Positions 54,976 through 64,000 of a stretch of 64,000 bases of DNA are shown piece after piece. The notes beneath the pieces are model-generated. The model worked only from the letters and a program-made list of their open reading frames with translations, ran no database searches and was not told where the DNA came from. The position numbers were made by a program, and so were the translations under genes. Numbering within the stretch: the first letter of the stretch is position 1; each line of letters begins with the position of its first letter. Origin of the DNA: Candidatus Levilactobacillus faecigallinarum (lineage in GTDB: Bacteria > Bacillota > Bacilli > Lactobacillales > Lactobacillaceae); assembly GCA_019113985.1 (NCBI GenBank), contig DXGJ01000020.1:9030-73029 (forward strand). Direction: 5' to 3'.

Positions 54976-56104
54976 CTGCTGTCACTTCTTTCGTATCGTC
55001 TTTTGTATCCTGATATTTATTATTCTTACCCAATACACGGTTGGCCATAAAGATGGCAACGGCAATCGCCGTAATCCCGGCAACTAGCTTGCTGACAATC
55101 ATTGGGAAAATCATCTCTTTAGCAACACCTGCGGTAAAGCCTAAATGGTCCCCAAAAACAAAGGCTGCGGAAACGGCAAAAGCAACGTTGATAATCTTGC
55201 CACGGTCATCCATATCCTTCATCATTTCAAACATTGGGATATTGTTGGCCAACGTTGCAACCAACCCGGCGGCAGCGGTTTCATTCATGCCTAGGAGCTT
55301 ACCTAATTTCAATAATGGCTTACGGAAAACTTTGGTAATAACAAATACCAAGGTAAATGCTCCGGCTAACGTCATCGCAATGCTACCAACCGTCTGAATA
55401 CCTTCACGAACATTACCAATGCCAGGAATGACAGTTACGCCAACCATGGATTGAATGGCTCCTAAGGCTAACCCAAAGGTTCCGATAATAACAATGGCCT
55501 GCCCAAATACTGAGAATCCTTTAATCATTCCTTCTGGCTTGAACCAAAGACCAAGTGCAATTAAAACAGCAAAGAGAACAATCGGAATTAAATTCTTAAT
55601 AACGGCCATCAATGGCATTCCCATAATCAAACCACCGACAAAACAGCCAATTGGAATGGTGATCATTCCAGATAGCACACCAGTTGCTAAGAACCGATGA
55701 TCCTTCTTATCAATAATTCCTAAAGCAACTGGAATCGAGAAGACAATGGTTGGTCCCATCATCGATCCTAAAATAACACCGGCAAACAAACCAGCTTGCG
55801 TGTTCAAAGCCATTTGTTGGGCCAACTGAAAACCACCCATATCAATCGCAATTAAACTGGTCGCAAACATCGAGGGATCTGCTCCCAACAGCCGGTATAA
55901 TGGCACAATCACTGGTGATAACAACTTAGCCAAGATGGGGGCTAAGATAATAATCCCAACCATGGACATGGCTAAGGATCCCATGGCCATGATACCTTCT
56001 TCGAACTTTTCACCTAGCCCAAATTTATTGCCAATCATCTTGTCCAAGGCCCCTAAGGCCATGAAGAACACCATTACATACATAATAATTTCATTTATTC
56101 CCAT
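54965..56104 (-). CDS. eutH: Ethanolamine permease EutH
   Basis: GNKFGLG, DMGG, GPTIVFSIPV, LANNIPMF, FVFGDHLGF. Confidence 0.93.
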   Translation of the reverse strand: MGINEIIMYVMVFFMALGALDKMIGNKFGLGEKFEEGIMAMGSLAMSMVGIIILAPILAKLLSPVIVPLYRLLGADPSMFATSLIAIDMGGFQLAQQMALNTQAGLFAGVILGSMMGPTIVFSIPVALGIIDKKDHRFLATGVLSGMITIPIGCFVGGLIMGMPLMAVIKNLIPIVLFAVLIALGLWFKPEGMIKGFSVFGQAIVIIGTFGLALGAIQSMVGVTVIPGIGNVREGIQTVGSIAMTLAGAFTLVFVITKVFRKPLLKLGKLLGMNETAAAGLVATLANNIPMFEMMKDMDDRGKIINVAFAVSAAFVFGDHLGFTAGVAKEMIFPMIVSKLVAGITAIAVAIFMANRVLGKNNKYQDTKDDTKEVTADEH

Positions 56105-56143
56105 GAATCATTGCCTCCCTTCTAGAAAAACACAACAACAATA

Positions 56144-56758
56144 CTATAAATTCAATCTTCGATCACGTGCCCATTCTGCAGCCATATCCGTTAAGACTTC
56201 TCCAGAATTAAGCAATGTTTGTTGGTGTTGCCACCGATCCTGTAAAACATGTTTCGTGATATACTTTCGCGTTCCTTGCTTAACCCGTTGCCCCTTCTGC
56301 AGTACCTTCAGCCCTTGATCAAACTGCCGATCATCCTTAATAAAATGTATATCAAAAGTCGTCAATTTTTGAAGAACGTGTTGCAACTCATGCCAAACCG
56401 CATAACGTGTTTGATGCCGATACGTTGCCAACTTCGGAGCCGCCGCAAAAATCCATACGGGTTTTCCAGCCAACAGGAAGTCAATCACCTGCCTGCTTAA
56501 GCCATCAATTGCTGTTAGGTTAGCAATGGCCAGTAACTGAGGAATTGTTATTTGACTAAGACAAAGCAGGATAGCATCGCTATCCTGCTTTGATCCGAAC
56601 ACGAGATGATGGTCAGCTGAAAGTTTTTGGACATACGGTGCAGGATAGTCTTCACTTGTGTCGCGAAAAATAATTGATGATTGATTGTCTTGCATTAATT
56701 GCGCAACAATCCGATCCGTAATTATTTGTATGAGTTTATCCATTTCAGCAGACTGCAT
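56144..56758 (-). CDS. Eut-associated protein of unknown function (PduM-like)
   Basis: N-terminal amphipathic helix, LLAGKPVW, C-terminal LTDMAAEW; position between pduL and eutH as in Firmicute eut loci. Confidence 0.65.
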   Translation of the reverse strand: MQSAEMDKLIQIITDRIVAQLMQDNQSSIIFRDTSEDYPAPYVQKLSADHHLVFGSKQDSDAILLCLSQITIPQLLAIANLTAIDGLSRQVIDFLLAGKPVWIFAAAPKLATYRHQTRYAVWHELQHVLQKLTTFDIHFIKDDRQFDQGLKVLQKGQRVKQGTRKYITKHVLQDRWQHQQTLLNSGEVLTDMAAEWARDRRLNL

Positions 56759-56767
56759 TTTTAAAAC

Positions 56768-57394
56768 CTACTTTTTATGAAGTGTCCCACGCATGCCTTT
56801 GGTCAAACCACACGCATTCGCCTCATCGAAGTCGATGTGCATCCGCGTCGCAAACTTGTCACTCACACGAATAACAACATTTTCAAACGTTACGGCCCGG
56901 TCACCCGTAGTCGTGACACTGACAATATCATTATTCTGAACACCAAAGAGCTTTGCATCACTAGGCGTCATGTGAATGTGACGCTGCGCAACGATTGCGC
57001 CATCAGGTAAGCTAACTTCCTGATTTCCATTGACCAAGGTGACACCTGGTGTTTGTTCCAAATGACCGCTTTCACGTAACGGTGGGTTAATCCCCAACGT
57101 CCGCGCATCCGTCATTGAAAGTTCAACCTGAGAATGTGACCGAGCTGGGCCGAGAATTGCAACATTTTGCAACGTTCCCTTAGGTCCTTTAACGGTTACC
57201 CGTTCTTCGCTCACAAATTGTCCAGGTTGCGACAATGGCCGTTTCGCTGTTAACTGATACCCAACACCGAATAGTTGGTCAATTGTTCCCTGAGACAAAT
57301 GCACGTGGCGTGCCGAGGCCTCAATTTCAAAGGATGTCTTTTTTCGTAATTCCGTAACGATGTCTTCGACAATATCATTTAGATCTTGCGTCAT
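56768..57394 (-). CDS. pduL: PduL-type phosphotransacylase
   Basis: SARHVHLS, LSQPGQF, GPAR, RESG, RHIHM, MHIDFDEANA. Confidence 0.93.
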   Translation of the reverse strand: MTQDLNDIVEDIVTELRKKTSFEIEASARHVHLSQGTIDQLFGVGYQLTAKRPLSQPGQFVSEERVTVKGPKGTLQNVAILGPARSHSQVELSMTDARTLGINPPLRESGHLEQTPGVTLVNGNQEVSLPDGAIVAQRHIHMTPSDAKLFGVQNNDIVSVTTTGDRAVTFENVVIRVSDKFATRMHIDFDEANACGLTKGMRGTLHKK

Positions 57395-58049
57395 CTTCAC
57401 CTACTTTCCAAATAGATTGGAGCCAAGTCTGAACCAACTTTTGCCACCTTACGACGGCCTGATAATAAATGGTTTGACTGAACTCCGGCTGAACAACTAA
57501 GTAATCAGCCAACGCCGTGGCCACTCTTTCCGTACCAATCGCTATTTGTTGACCGATCAGTCGTTGGGGGCCTTTCAACTTCAGTGTCTCCAGCTTAACG
57601 GCATCCCATGGAAATTCATCCATGCCTGCCACCTGATCAGGCGTAACCGCTAACAAGTTATTGACTAGCAATACCATGTTCGTGACCACATTCTGATCAA
57701 CAGAAGCATCTTGACGTTGTAGCAACGCCAAACACAGAACACCTTGCTCGCGTAAAGCCGTCCGCAATTGAAAGAGTGGCGTCCGATAATAAGCAACTAG
57801 ATCAAAATCTACTTTTCCCTGCGTTATTGCTAACGAAGAAAGCCATGGATTATGTTTAATCTGCTTAGCCAGCGGTTCGTTAGTCGCTTCAGCTCGTCCT
57901 GAACCAATTTTAATCTGATGTTCTGCCAAAAAGCTTCGAGCAGACGGGGTTAAAATAGTACCTCTTGGCAGGGTGAGTGAACCGCGGTCAATTAATTTAT
58001 TCTGTTTCATCAACTGACGAACAGAATCTTCAGTTAATAACTTACCCAA
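57375..58049 (-). CDS. eutT: EutT-like corrinoid adenosyltransferase homolog, divergent
   Basis: N-terminus LLTEDSVR...GTILTPSARSFL typical of EutT and at the eutT position; C-terminal half poorly recognisable. Confidence 0.55.
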   Translation of the reverse strand: MGKLLTEDSVRQLMKQNKLIDRGSLTLPRGTILTPSARSFLAEHQIKIGSGRAEATNEPLAKQIKHNPWLSSLAITQGKVDFDLVAYYRTPLFQLRTALREQGVLCLALLQRQDASVDQNVVTNMVLLVNNLLAVTPDQVAGMDEFPWDAVKLETLKLKGPQRLIGQQIAIGTERVATALADYLVVQPEFSQTIYYQAVVRWQKLVQTWLQSIWKVGEDDARSK

Positions 58050-58094
58050 GAGGCACCTCCTTTCAAGAACAAGTCATGACTGACTAAACGTCGA

Positions 58095-58403
58095 TTAGTC
58101 TTCTTCCAAGTTAGCCTTGTCGCCTAACATGTGAGGTAAGATACCTTCAACTTCGTTATGTGGACGAGGAATAACGTGAACAGAGATTAATTCGCCGACC
58201 TTTTCACTAGCTGCGGCACCAGCATCAGTAGCAGCCTTAACGGCACCAACATCGCCACGTACCATAACAGTTACTAATCCAGAACCAATTTGTTCCTTAC
58301 CAATTAACGTAACATTGGCAGCCTTAACCATTGCATCAGCGGCTTCAATAGCACCAACTAAACCTTTAGTTTCGATCATTCCGAGAGCGTTCATGTTTGA
58401 CAT
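58095..58403 (-). CDS. eutM: BMC hexamer shell protein EutM
   Basis: [34 protein letters not shown]. Confidence 0.93.
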   Translation of the reverse strand: MSNMNALGMIETKGLVGAIEAADAMVKAANVTLIGKEQIGSGLVTVMVRGDVGAVKAATDAGAAASEKVGELISVHVIPRPHNEVEGILPHMLGDKANLEED

Positions 58404-58431
58404 AATATATTCCTCCTAGATTAATTCTAAA

Positions 58432-59904
58432 TTATTGAATTTTTGCTAAAACTTGACGAACTAATTCATCAACCAATTGCTGGCGATCATCCGTGGAGCT
58501 GGCTAATGTATCAGCAACACCGGCATCGCGTTTAACGTCATCTAGTTCACATAGCCCAACAGCTACTCGCTTGACGTTCAACAGGTTCTTTGGATTAACA
58601 TTTTCTGATAACGCACTACCACCGATAGCCCCACAGCCTAACGTTAAGGCTGGGTCCATCCCAGTCGTGGCGCCGATACCACCTAAGGCACCGGGGGTGT
58701 TTACAATAACCCGTGAAGCAGGAACTAATGCCGCATACTTACGAATAATTTGTTGGTTCTCAGAATGCAAGATTGCGGTATGACCGGCACCTTCATTCAA
58801 CAACAGCTTCTTCGTCAGTGCAGCAGCGGCTTCACAATCAGCTACTTCGTAATAAGCCATGATTGGTGTTAGCTTTTCACGAGAGTAAGGATCATCGTGT
58901 CCGACGTTTTCAACAGTATCAGGCACGATCAGAACCCGTGTCCCGGCTGGAACATCGATTTTCGCCATTTCTGCTAACCGTGCAACAGACTTCCCCACAA
59001 TTTGTGGATTCATAGTATCGTCGGCGCGTAGCAAGAACTTAGCCAGCTTTGACTTTTCTTCAGCATTCAAGAAGTAGCCACCCTGTTTTTCTAATTCACG
59101 ATGAACTTCTTCTTTATTTGCATCTTCAGCAATAACAGACTGTTCGGACGCACAGATAGTCCCATTATCAAAAGTTTCGGAATCCATAATACGCTTAACT
59201 GCAACTGCTGGGTCAGCACTCTTTTCGATGTAAGCTGAACCATTACCTGGGCCAACACCAATGGCTGGTGTCCCTGATGAGTAAGCAGCATGGACCATGG
59301 CGCCACCACCAGTAGCTAAGATCAACTTAGTCTCCGCATTCCGCATCAATTCGTCGGTACCTTCAAGCGTCAAGATGGTCATTCCAGAGATTAACCCTTC
59401 TGGGGCACCAGCTTGAACTGCAGCATCACTTGCAATCTTGATGGCTTCCAAGATGCACTTTTTTGCATTTGGATGTGGTGAGAACACAATCGCGTTCCCC
59501 GACTTCAATGAAATAATCGACTTGTAGAACACTGAAGACGTTGGATTTGTTGATGGAATCAGACCAGCAACGACCCCAACTGGAACGGCCATGTCAATCG
59601 TCTTATTCTCTGGATCCTCATCGATAACACCAACGGTCTTGAGACCCTTGTACCGATCATTCACCGTCTTTGAAGCAAAGACGTTTTTCAAGACCTTATC
59701 CTGCCAGATTCCGAATCCGGTTTCTTTCTGTGCCATCTTAGCAAGCTTTTCACTTGCGGCAACACCAGCATCGGCGATCGCCTGACAGACTGCATCAATT
59801 TGTTCTTGTGTAAAATGACTGTAAATCTCTTGAGCTTTCGTCGCCTTATGAAGTAACGTCCGTACTTCTTGCATTGAAAGTAAGTCAGCATCAGTTAAAC
59901 TCAA
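58432..59904 (-). CDS. eutE: Acetaldehyde dehydrogenase (acylating) EutE
   Basis: PSTNPTS, LATGG, GVGPGN, DNGTICASEQ, LTLGCG; C-terminal encapsulation helix. Confidence 0.93.
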   Translation of the reverse strand: MSLTDADLLSMQEVRTLLHKATKAQEIYSHFTQEQIDAVCQAIADAGVAASEKLAKMAQKETGFGIWQDKVLKNVFASKTVNDRYKGLKTVGVIDEDPENKTIDMAVPVGVVAGLIPSTNPTSSVFYKSIISLKSGNAIVFSPHPNAKKCILEAIKIASDAAVQAGAPEGLISGMTILTLEGTDELMRNAETKLILATGGGAMVHAAYSSGTPAIGVGPGNGSAYIEKSADPAVAVKRIMDSETFDNGTICASEQSVIAEDANKEEVHRELEKQGGYFLNAEEKSKLAKFLLRADDTMNPQIVGKSVARLAEMAKIDVPAGTRVLIVPDTVENVGHDDPYSREKLTPIMAYYEVADCEAAAALTKKLLLNEGAGHTAILHSENQQIIRKYAALVPASRVIVNTPGALGGIGATTGMDPALTLGCGAIGGSALSENVNPKNLLNVKRVAVGLCELDDVKRDAGVADTLASSTDDRQQLVDELVRQVLAKIQ

Positions 59905-60542
59905 GCGTTATCCCTCCCTTGTAAATCGTCCAAGATGGCTTGGATCAACGTCCGTTTATTGCCCATCTTGATTTGTTTCTTCGTTAGCGTCTGAATTTCC
60001 ATTCTGTACGCTTGTCTCCGTAAATCGACGACGCGCATCTTTTCCAACTCTGATTTAGTCGTTGTCCAAGTTGCTGGGTCCGCCGTAATCCGGCGTGGAG
60101 CATTTTTTGGTTTCCCTATTGCTTTGGGAGCTGGAGTTGAGTTTGGAGTTGCCTGCTCAGCTTTCAGTTCAGGTACTTTGGTGTTTGGCGCTGGCGTTGG
60201 TTTTACATCCAACTTAGATTCTGGTTTTTCTTCCAGCGTCGTAGTTGCTGTTTCTGTCGGTGTTGGCGGCTGGGGCTGAGTTAGCTCTTCAGTCTGCCGA
60301 TCCATTCGCGCAATAACATGCTGCGAAATCAGACAATTGAAGCGTTCGATACTCGCAACCCCTGCATCAACACTGGCGTTAACTGCTGAAACATCTCCTG
60401 TTAAAAGGACCGTTACTAACCCACCACGTGTAATGTGGAGATCCTGTAAGTCAACATTCGCTGCCTTTAAAGCAGCATCCGCAGCAACGACGGCACCTAA
60501 GAATCCATGAACTTCAATCATTCCAAGGCTTTCAATCGCCAT
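59901..60542 (-). CDS. eutK: BMC-H protein with Pro/Thr/Lys linker and C-terminal helical domain (EutK-like)
   Basis: SLGMIEVHG...AADAALKAANV, then linker and ELEKMRVVDLRRQA...K-LIQAIL. Confidence 0.75.
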   Translation of the reverse strand: MAIESLGMIEVHGFLGAVVAADAALKAANVDLQDLHITRGGLVTVLLTGDVSAVNASVDAGVASIERFNCLISQHVIARMDRQTEELTQPQPPTPTETATTTLEEKPESKLDVKPTPAPNTKVPELKAEQATPNSTPAPKAIGKPKNAPRRITADPATWTTTKSELEKMRVVDLRRQAYRMEIQTLTKKQIKMGNKRTLIQAILDDLQGRDNA

Positions 60543-60556
60543 TGTTGATCACGTCC

Positions 60557-61210
60557 TTAGTCTTCTGTTGGCTTGTCCGCAATATCCTTAATTGCGGCCG
60601 CGAATGCATCGCAAGCAGCCTTACATGCCGACTGGCTACCGGTTAACAGGCCACCACCAAAGTTCGTCTCCGAAGGTGGGCCGTAGAGAACTCCCATGTC
60701 AACGTCAGCTGCCTTCATCGCTGCATCCATCCCATAGATAGATTCCAGTGGCGGTGCAATCAAGTAGGCAATTGCGCCACCTTCAGGAACACCAGCAACC
60801 TTAGACAGATAACTCCCAGTCCGAGAAATTGTATGCGCAAAGTAAACGATACTATCGTCTTCATTAGCACTGACAAAGTGGGCCTCTTCTTGAATAAATT
60901 GAACACAAGTATCCAGGCCACTCTGAACTTCGGCAGGATTGGGGCCGCCTAGAATTCCAATAACTTCCCCAGCTAATTTCGTTGATGCATTTCCAGCACC
61001 AGCATACATACTCTTACCATATACAACCTCAACATCAGCCGTCTTCGTCGCTTCATCTAACGCAACGTAGGTAACATCATCACAATCTGCAGTAATTAAG
61101 CCCAAACTCTTAATGTGATCCGGTAATTCAAGTGACTTAGCAAGTGCGTCGTCAACATTGGGAATCAACCGGGTACTCAAGACGTTGGCTTGTACGAAAT
61201 CGTCTCGCAA
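60557..61210 (-). CDS. eutL: BMC trimer shell protein EutL
   Basis: DCDDVTYVALDEATK, SMYAG, SRTGSYLS, PPSETNFGG. Confidence 0.94.
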   Translation of the reverse strand: MRDDFVQANVLSTRLIPNVDDALAKSLELPDHIKSLGLITADCDDVTYVALDEATKTADVEVVYGKSMYAGAGNASTKLAGEVIGILGGPNPAEVQSGLDTCVQFIQEEAHFVSANEDDSIVYFAHTISRTGSYLSKVAGVPEGGAIAYLIAPPLESIYGMDAAMKAADVDMGVLYGPPSETNFGGGLLTGSQSACKAACDAFAAAIKDIADKPTED

Positions 61211-61243
61211 GTGCAATTCCTCCCTTCAATTAAAGGCGTCTAG

Positions 61244-62167
61244 TTATTTGTCGCCAGCGTTTTCAGCAGCCTTCAAATCAATCCCAGACTTCTTCAGTCG
61301 AACCATCTTATCTAACAGTTCAGCAATGTAAGCACCGGCTTCAACGGCGGGCATCCCACCATCGTGGATGTTTGAAACAACCGTCCGGTTAGCTTCTGGC
61401 ATCCCCATCGTTGGTTTGTAAGCAATGTAAGCACTCATTGACTTGGCAGTTACCAGTCCTGGCCGTTCGCCGACTAACATGCAGACAACATCAGCTCCCG
61501 TAACTTCACCAATTTGGTCTTCAGCGCCAACCCGTGCGTACTTCACAAAGATGACATCTTTAGATTCAAAGCTTAATCCATAAACTTTCAAACCTTGTTG
61601 GATGGCTGGAATGATTTCTTTGACGTTTGCCTCAATCGCAGCAGAACTAAGACCATCACCAACAACCATTTGAATCTTGGCATTTGGTTTTACGTTTTTC
61701 TTGATCTTATCAACCATTTCATCAGGGAATTTACGTCCCCGGTCTGGACGGGTCAAGAATTCATCCTTGGTCTTGCACATCGTTTGCGTTTCTAAGAAGC
61801 CCATGTCCTTTGGCAGTTGTGGATCAACGTCGCTAAAGACGGCATCTTGGGCTGCCGCATGGTCAGCACGGAACCGTAGAACCGAGGCGGTCTTATAACG
61901 GGTCCCCGTCCGCCACATGCCTAACCGCGCTGGCGTAAAGGACTTAATCTTTAAGTAGCCTTCACGGTCATGTGGATGCGGAACTAAGAATTGTTTCTTC
62001 AAATCAATTTCAGTAATGTCATCTAAAACGCCGTCAGAAACGGTATTGTCAGCATTGTTATCACTAACTGATGTTGTAGCGCCATTAGTGGTATTATTTG
62101 ATTTCTTTTCATCCGTCATATCAGACAAAATGTTTTCAATCATCGACTTGAGATCTTGTTCGTTCAT
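61244..62167 (-). CDS. eutC: Ethanolamine ammonia-lyase small subunit
   Basis: [42 protein letters not shown]. Confidence 0.96.
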   Translation of the reverse strand: MNEQDLKSMIENILSDMTDEKKSNNTTNGATTSVSDNNADNTVSDGVLDDITEIDLKKQFLVPHPHDREGYLKIKSFTPARLGMWRTGTRYKTASVLRFRADHAAAQDAVFSDVDPQLPKDMGFLETQTMCKTKDEFLTRPDRGRKFPDEMVDKIKKNVKPNAKIQMVVGDGLSSAAIEANVKEIIPAIQQGLKVYGLSFESKDVIFVKYARVGAEDQIGEVTGADVVCMLVGERPGLVTAKSMSAYIAYKPTMGMPEANRTVVSNIHDGGMPAVEAGAYIAELLDKMVRLKKSGIDLKAAENAGDK

Positions 62168-62185
62168 GTCATATCACCTTCTTGT

Positions 62186-63550
62186 TTAGTCTAAGAAAAT
62201 TGAAGCATCACCGGCACGTGCAGTTAACTTACCGTTTTCGCTAAGGCCCATCTTTTCCATCCATTCCTCGAATTCCTTGATTGGGTGGTAACCGAAGATG
62301 TCCCGAATCGTGTCTGTTTCTTGGTAACCGGTTGATTGGTAATTCAACATAACGTCATCGGCATGTGGCACACCCATGATGTAGTTGCATCCAGCGGCAC
62401 CTAACAGTACAGCTAAGTTTTCACCATCGTTTTGGTCGGCCTTCATATGGTTGGTGTAGCAAACGTCACACCCCATCGAGATACCTTGCAGCTTACCCAT
62501 GAAGTGGTCTTCAAGACCCGCGCGGATAACTTGCTTGGAGTTGTATAAGTATTCCGGTCCGATGAACCCAACAACCGTGTTGACGATGAATGGATCGTAC
62601 TTCTTAGCAAATCCGTAGCATCGTGCTTCCATGGTCAGTTCATCAGCACCAAAGTTGGCTTCGGCGGATAATTCTGAACCTTCACCGGTTTCAAAGTACA
62701 TAATGTTAGGACCAGCTGCTTGACCTTGATGTAACCCTAAGTCATAAGCTTCACTCAGCATATCTGCGTCAATCCCAAAAGCCTTGTTCCCTTTTTCAGA
62801 ACCAGCGATGGATTGGAAAATAAGACCAGCGGGAGCGCCACGGCGAATGGCTTCCATTTGAGTCGTAACGTGCGCCAAAACAGAACATTGCGTTGGAATA
62901 TCCCAGTGAGAACGGAACTCTTCAAACTTGTTCAAAATCTTGGAAACGCTGTCAACTGAATCATCGTTAGGGTTCAAACCAATAACGGCATCCCCAATCC
63001 CCATGCTGACACCTTCCATGATGCCGGCCATGATACCATCGATGTTGTCGGTTGGATGGTTAGTTTGTAGCCGTGAAGAGAAGGTCCCTGGACGACCAAT
63101 CGTCGTGTTAGCGGTCTTTTCAACGTGAATCTTCTTGGCACCAACAACCAGGTCCATGTTTGTCATTAACTTCGTAACCGCCGCAGCCATTTCAGAAGTT
63201 AAGCCACGCCGAAGTCGCTTAATGTCATGATCCGTAGTCTGGTCAGATAAAATCCACTCACGTAAGTCGGAAACCGTCCAGTTCTTGATTTCTTCAAAAA
63301 TCCGGGTGTTAACCCCATCAATGATAATCCGAGTAACTTCATCTTCGTCATATGGTACAGCTGGATTGTTGTAAATATCGTTCAACGTTAATTGGGCAAG
63401 AACGACCTTAGCGGCAACGCGTTCCTTAGCATCCTTAGCAGCAACACCTGCTAATTCGTCACCGGACTTCAATTCGTTGGCTTTAGCCATAACCTCTTTA
63501 ACGGAACTAAACTTGTACACTTGACCATACAATTTTGCTTGTAGAATCAT
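62186..63550 (-). CDS. eutB: Ethanolamine ammonia-lyase large subunit
   Basis: KSGDELAG, NHPTD, LAHVTTQ, YFETG, NTVVGFIGPEYL, CYTNH, MLNYQ. Confidence 0.97.
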   Translation of the reverse strand: MILQAKLYGQVYKFSSVKEVMAKANELKSGDELAGVAAKDAKERVAAKVVLAQLTLNDIYNNPAVPYDEDEVTRIIIDGVNTRIFEEIKNWTVSDLREWILSDQTTDHDIKRLRRGLTSEMAAAVTKLMTNMDLVVGAKKIHVEKTANTTIGRPGTFSSRLQTNHPTDNIDGIMAGIMEGVSMGIGDAVIGLNPNDDSVDSVSKILNKFEEFRSHWDIPTQCSVLAHVTTQMEAIRRGAPAGLIFQSIAGSEKGNKAFGIDADMLSEAYDLGLHQGQAAGPNIMYFETGEGSELSAEANFGADELTMEARCYGFAKKYDPFIVNTVVGFIGPEYLYNSKQVIRAGLEDHFMGKLQGISMGCDVCYTNHMKADQNDGENLAVLLGAAGCNYIMGVPHADDVMLNYQSTGYQETDTIRDIFGYHPIKEFEEWMEKMGLSENGKLTARAGDASIFLD

Positions 63551-63582
63551 TCTGCTGCCTCCTTTATCTTTAAAAATCCCTT

Positions 63583-64000
63583 TTAGCCAAATACCAGTGT
63601 CTTCACGATTACCGGAAGAACTTCCCCGTTTGCAACGGGTTCTCCCAAATCGATATAATCACCATTTTCGACTTTGACACTATCGATACATACAAATGGA
63701 TAACGCTCCGGGAGTCGAGCAAACAGGCTATGTCCTAATGCCTTGGCCATGTCTTCGTGGACCATGATAATCAGTGGCTCACGCTTATCAATCAACACCT
63801 TAGCACCTTGGACGATTCCTTCAGCATAGCGTTGAATGTCCGCAAACTTTGGACTATGTTTGCCAACTAATGCCAATGCCACATTACTCAACTCGTTTTG
63901 AACACGGTACCAATTTATTTTTTCAGAAATCTTGGTCGCTAAGTCGTCCGCATCCAGGTCTTCATCGGATTTAGAGATCTTAAGAATCGGTAGATTTCTC
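63583..64000 (-). CDS. eutA: Ethanolamine ammonia-lyase reactivase EutA (C-terminal part; 5' end outside window)
   Basis: Frame open to the edge (RNLPILKI...), DMAKALG, CIDSVKVENGDYIDLG, PVIVKTLVF; directly upstream of eutB. Confidence 0.9.
   Translation of the reverse strand, partial: RNLPILKISKSDEDLDADDLATKISEKINWYRVQNELSNVALALVGKHSPKFADIQRYAEGIVQGAKVLIDKREPLIIMVHEDMAKALGHSLFARLPERYPFVCIDSVKVENGDYIDLGEPVANGEVLPVIVKTLVFG

Larger units (their letters stand above)
43100..64000. other. AT-richer accessory region: eut microcompartment plus cobalamin uptake (probably horizontally acquired)
   Basis: Visible drop in GC and changed codon endings relative to 1-43,030; no integrase or tRNA at the visible boundary. 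Confidence 0.65.

Overview
Chromosomal window from a high-GC heterofermentative lactobacillus; gene content and order suggest Levilactobacillus (inference). Bases 1 to ~43,090 are GC-rich backbone: lipL, an HD hydrolase, a Cof hydrolase, prs-glmU-purR, pyruvate oxidase, a metal ABC transporter with a Zur-like box, a PTS-independent beta-glucoside cluster, ispE-veg-rsmA-rnmV-tatD-metG, a sirtuin, HMG-CoA reductase, ppx, T-box-controlled trpS, helD, a minimal Listeria pss-like exopolysaccharide cluster and two tandem secreted phosphatases. From ~43,100 to the end the DNA is visibly AT-richer and carries an ethanolamine-utilisation (eut) microcompartment locus, truncated in eutA. Linked to it are a cobalamin-type ECF transporter, two exported proteins that together resemble a split transcobalamin/intrinsic factor, an AraC/PocR-like regulator ending in a DUF4430-like (B12-binding-type) domain, and a satellite shell operon with a catalytically altered old-yellow-enzyme flavoprotein. 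No cobalamin riboswitch is visible upstream of the transporter. The best novel-system candidate is this apparently protein-based B12 capture-sense-use module. The second is a structured intergenic repeat with covarying stems, present in four copies as inverted pairs. All calls come from reading motifs by eye; no searches were run.
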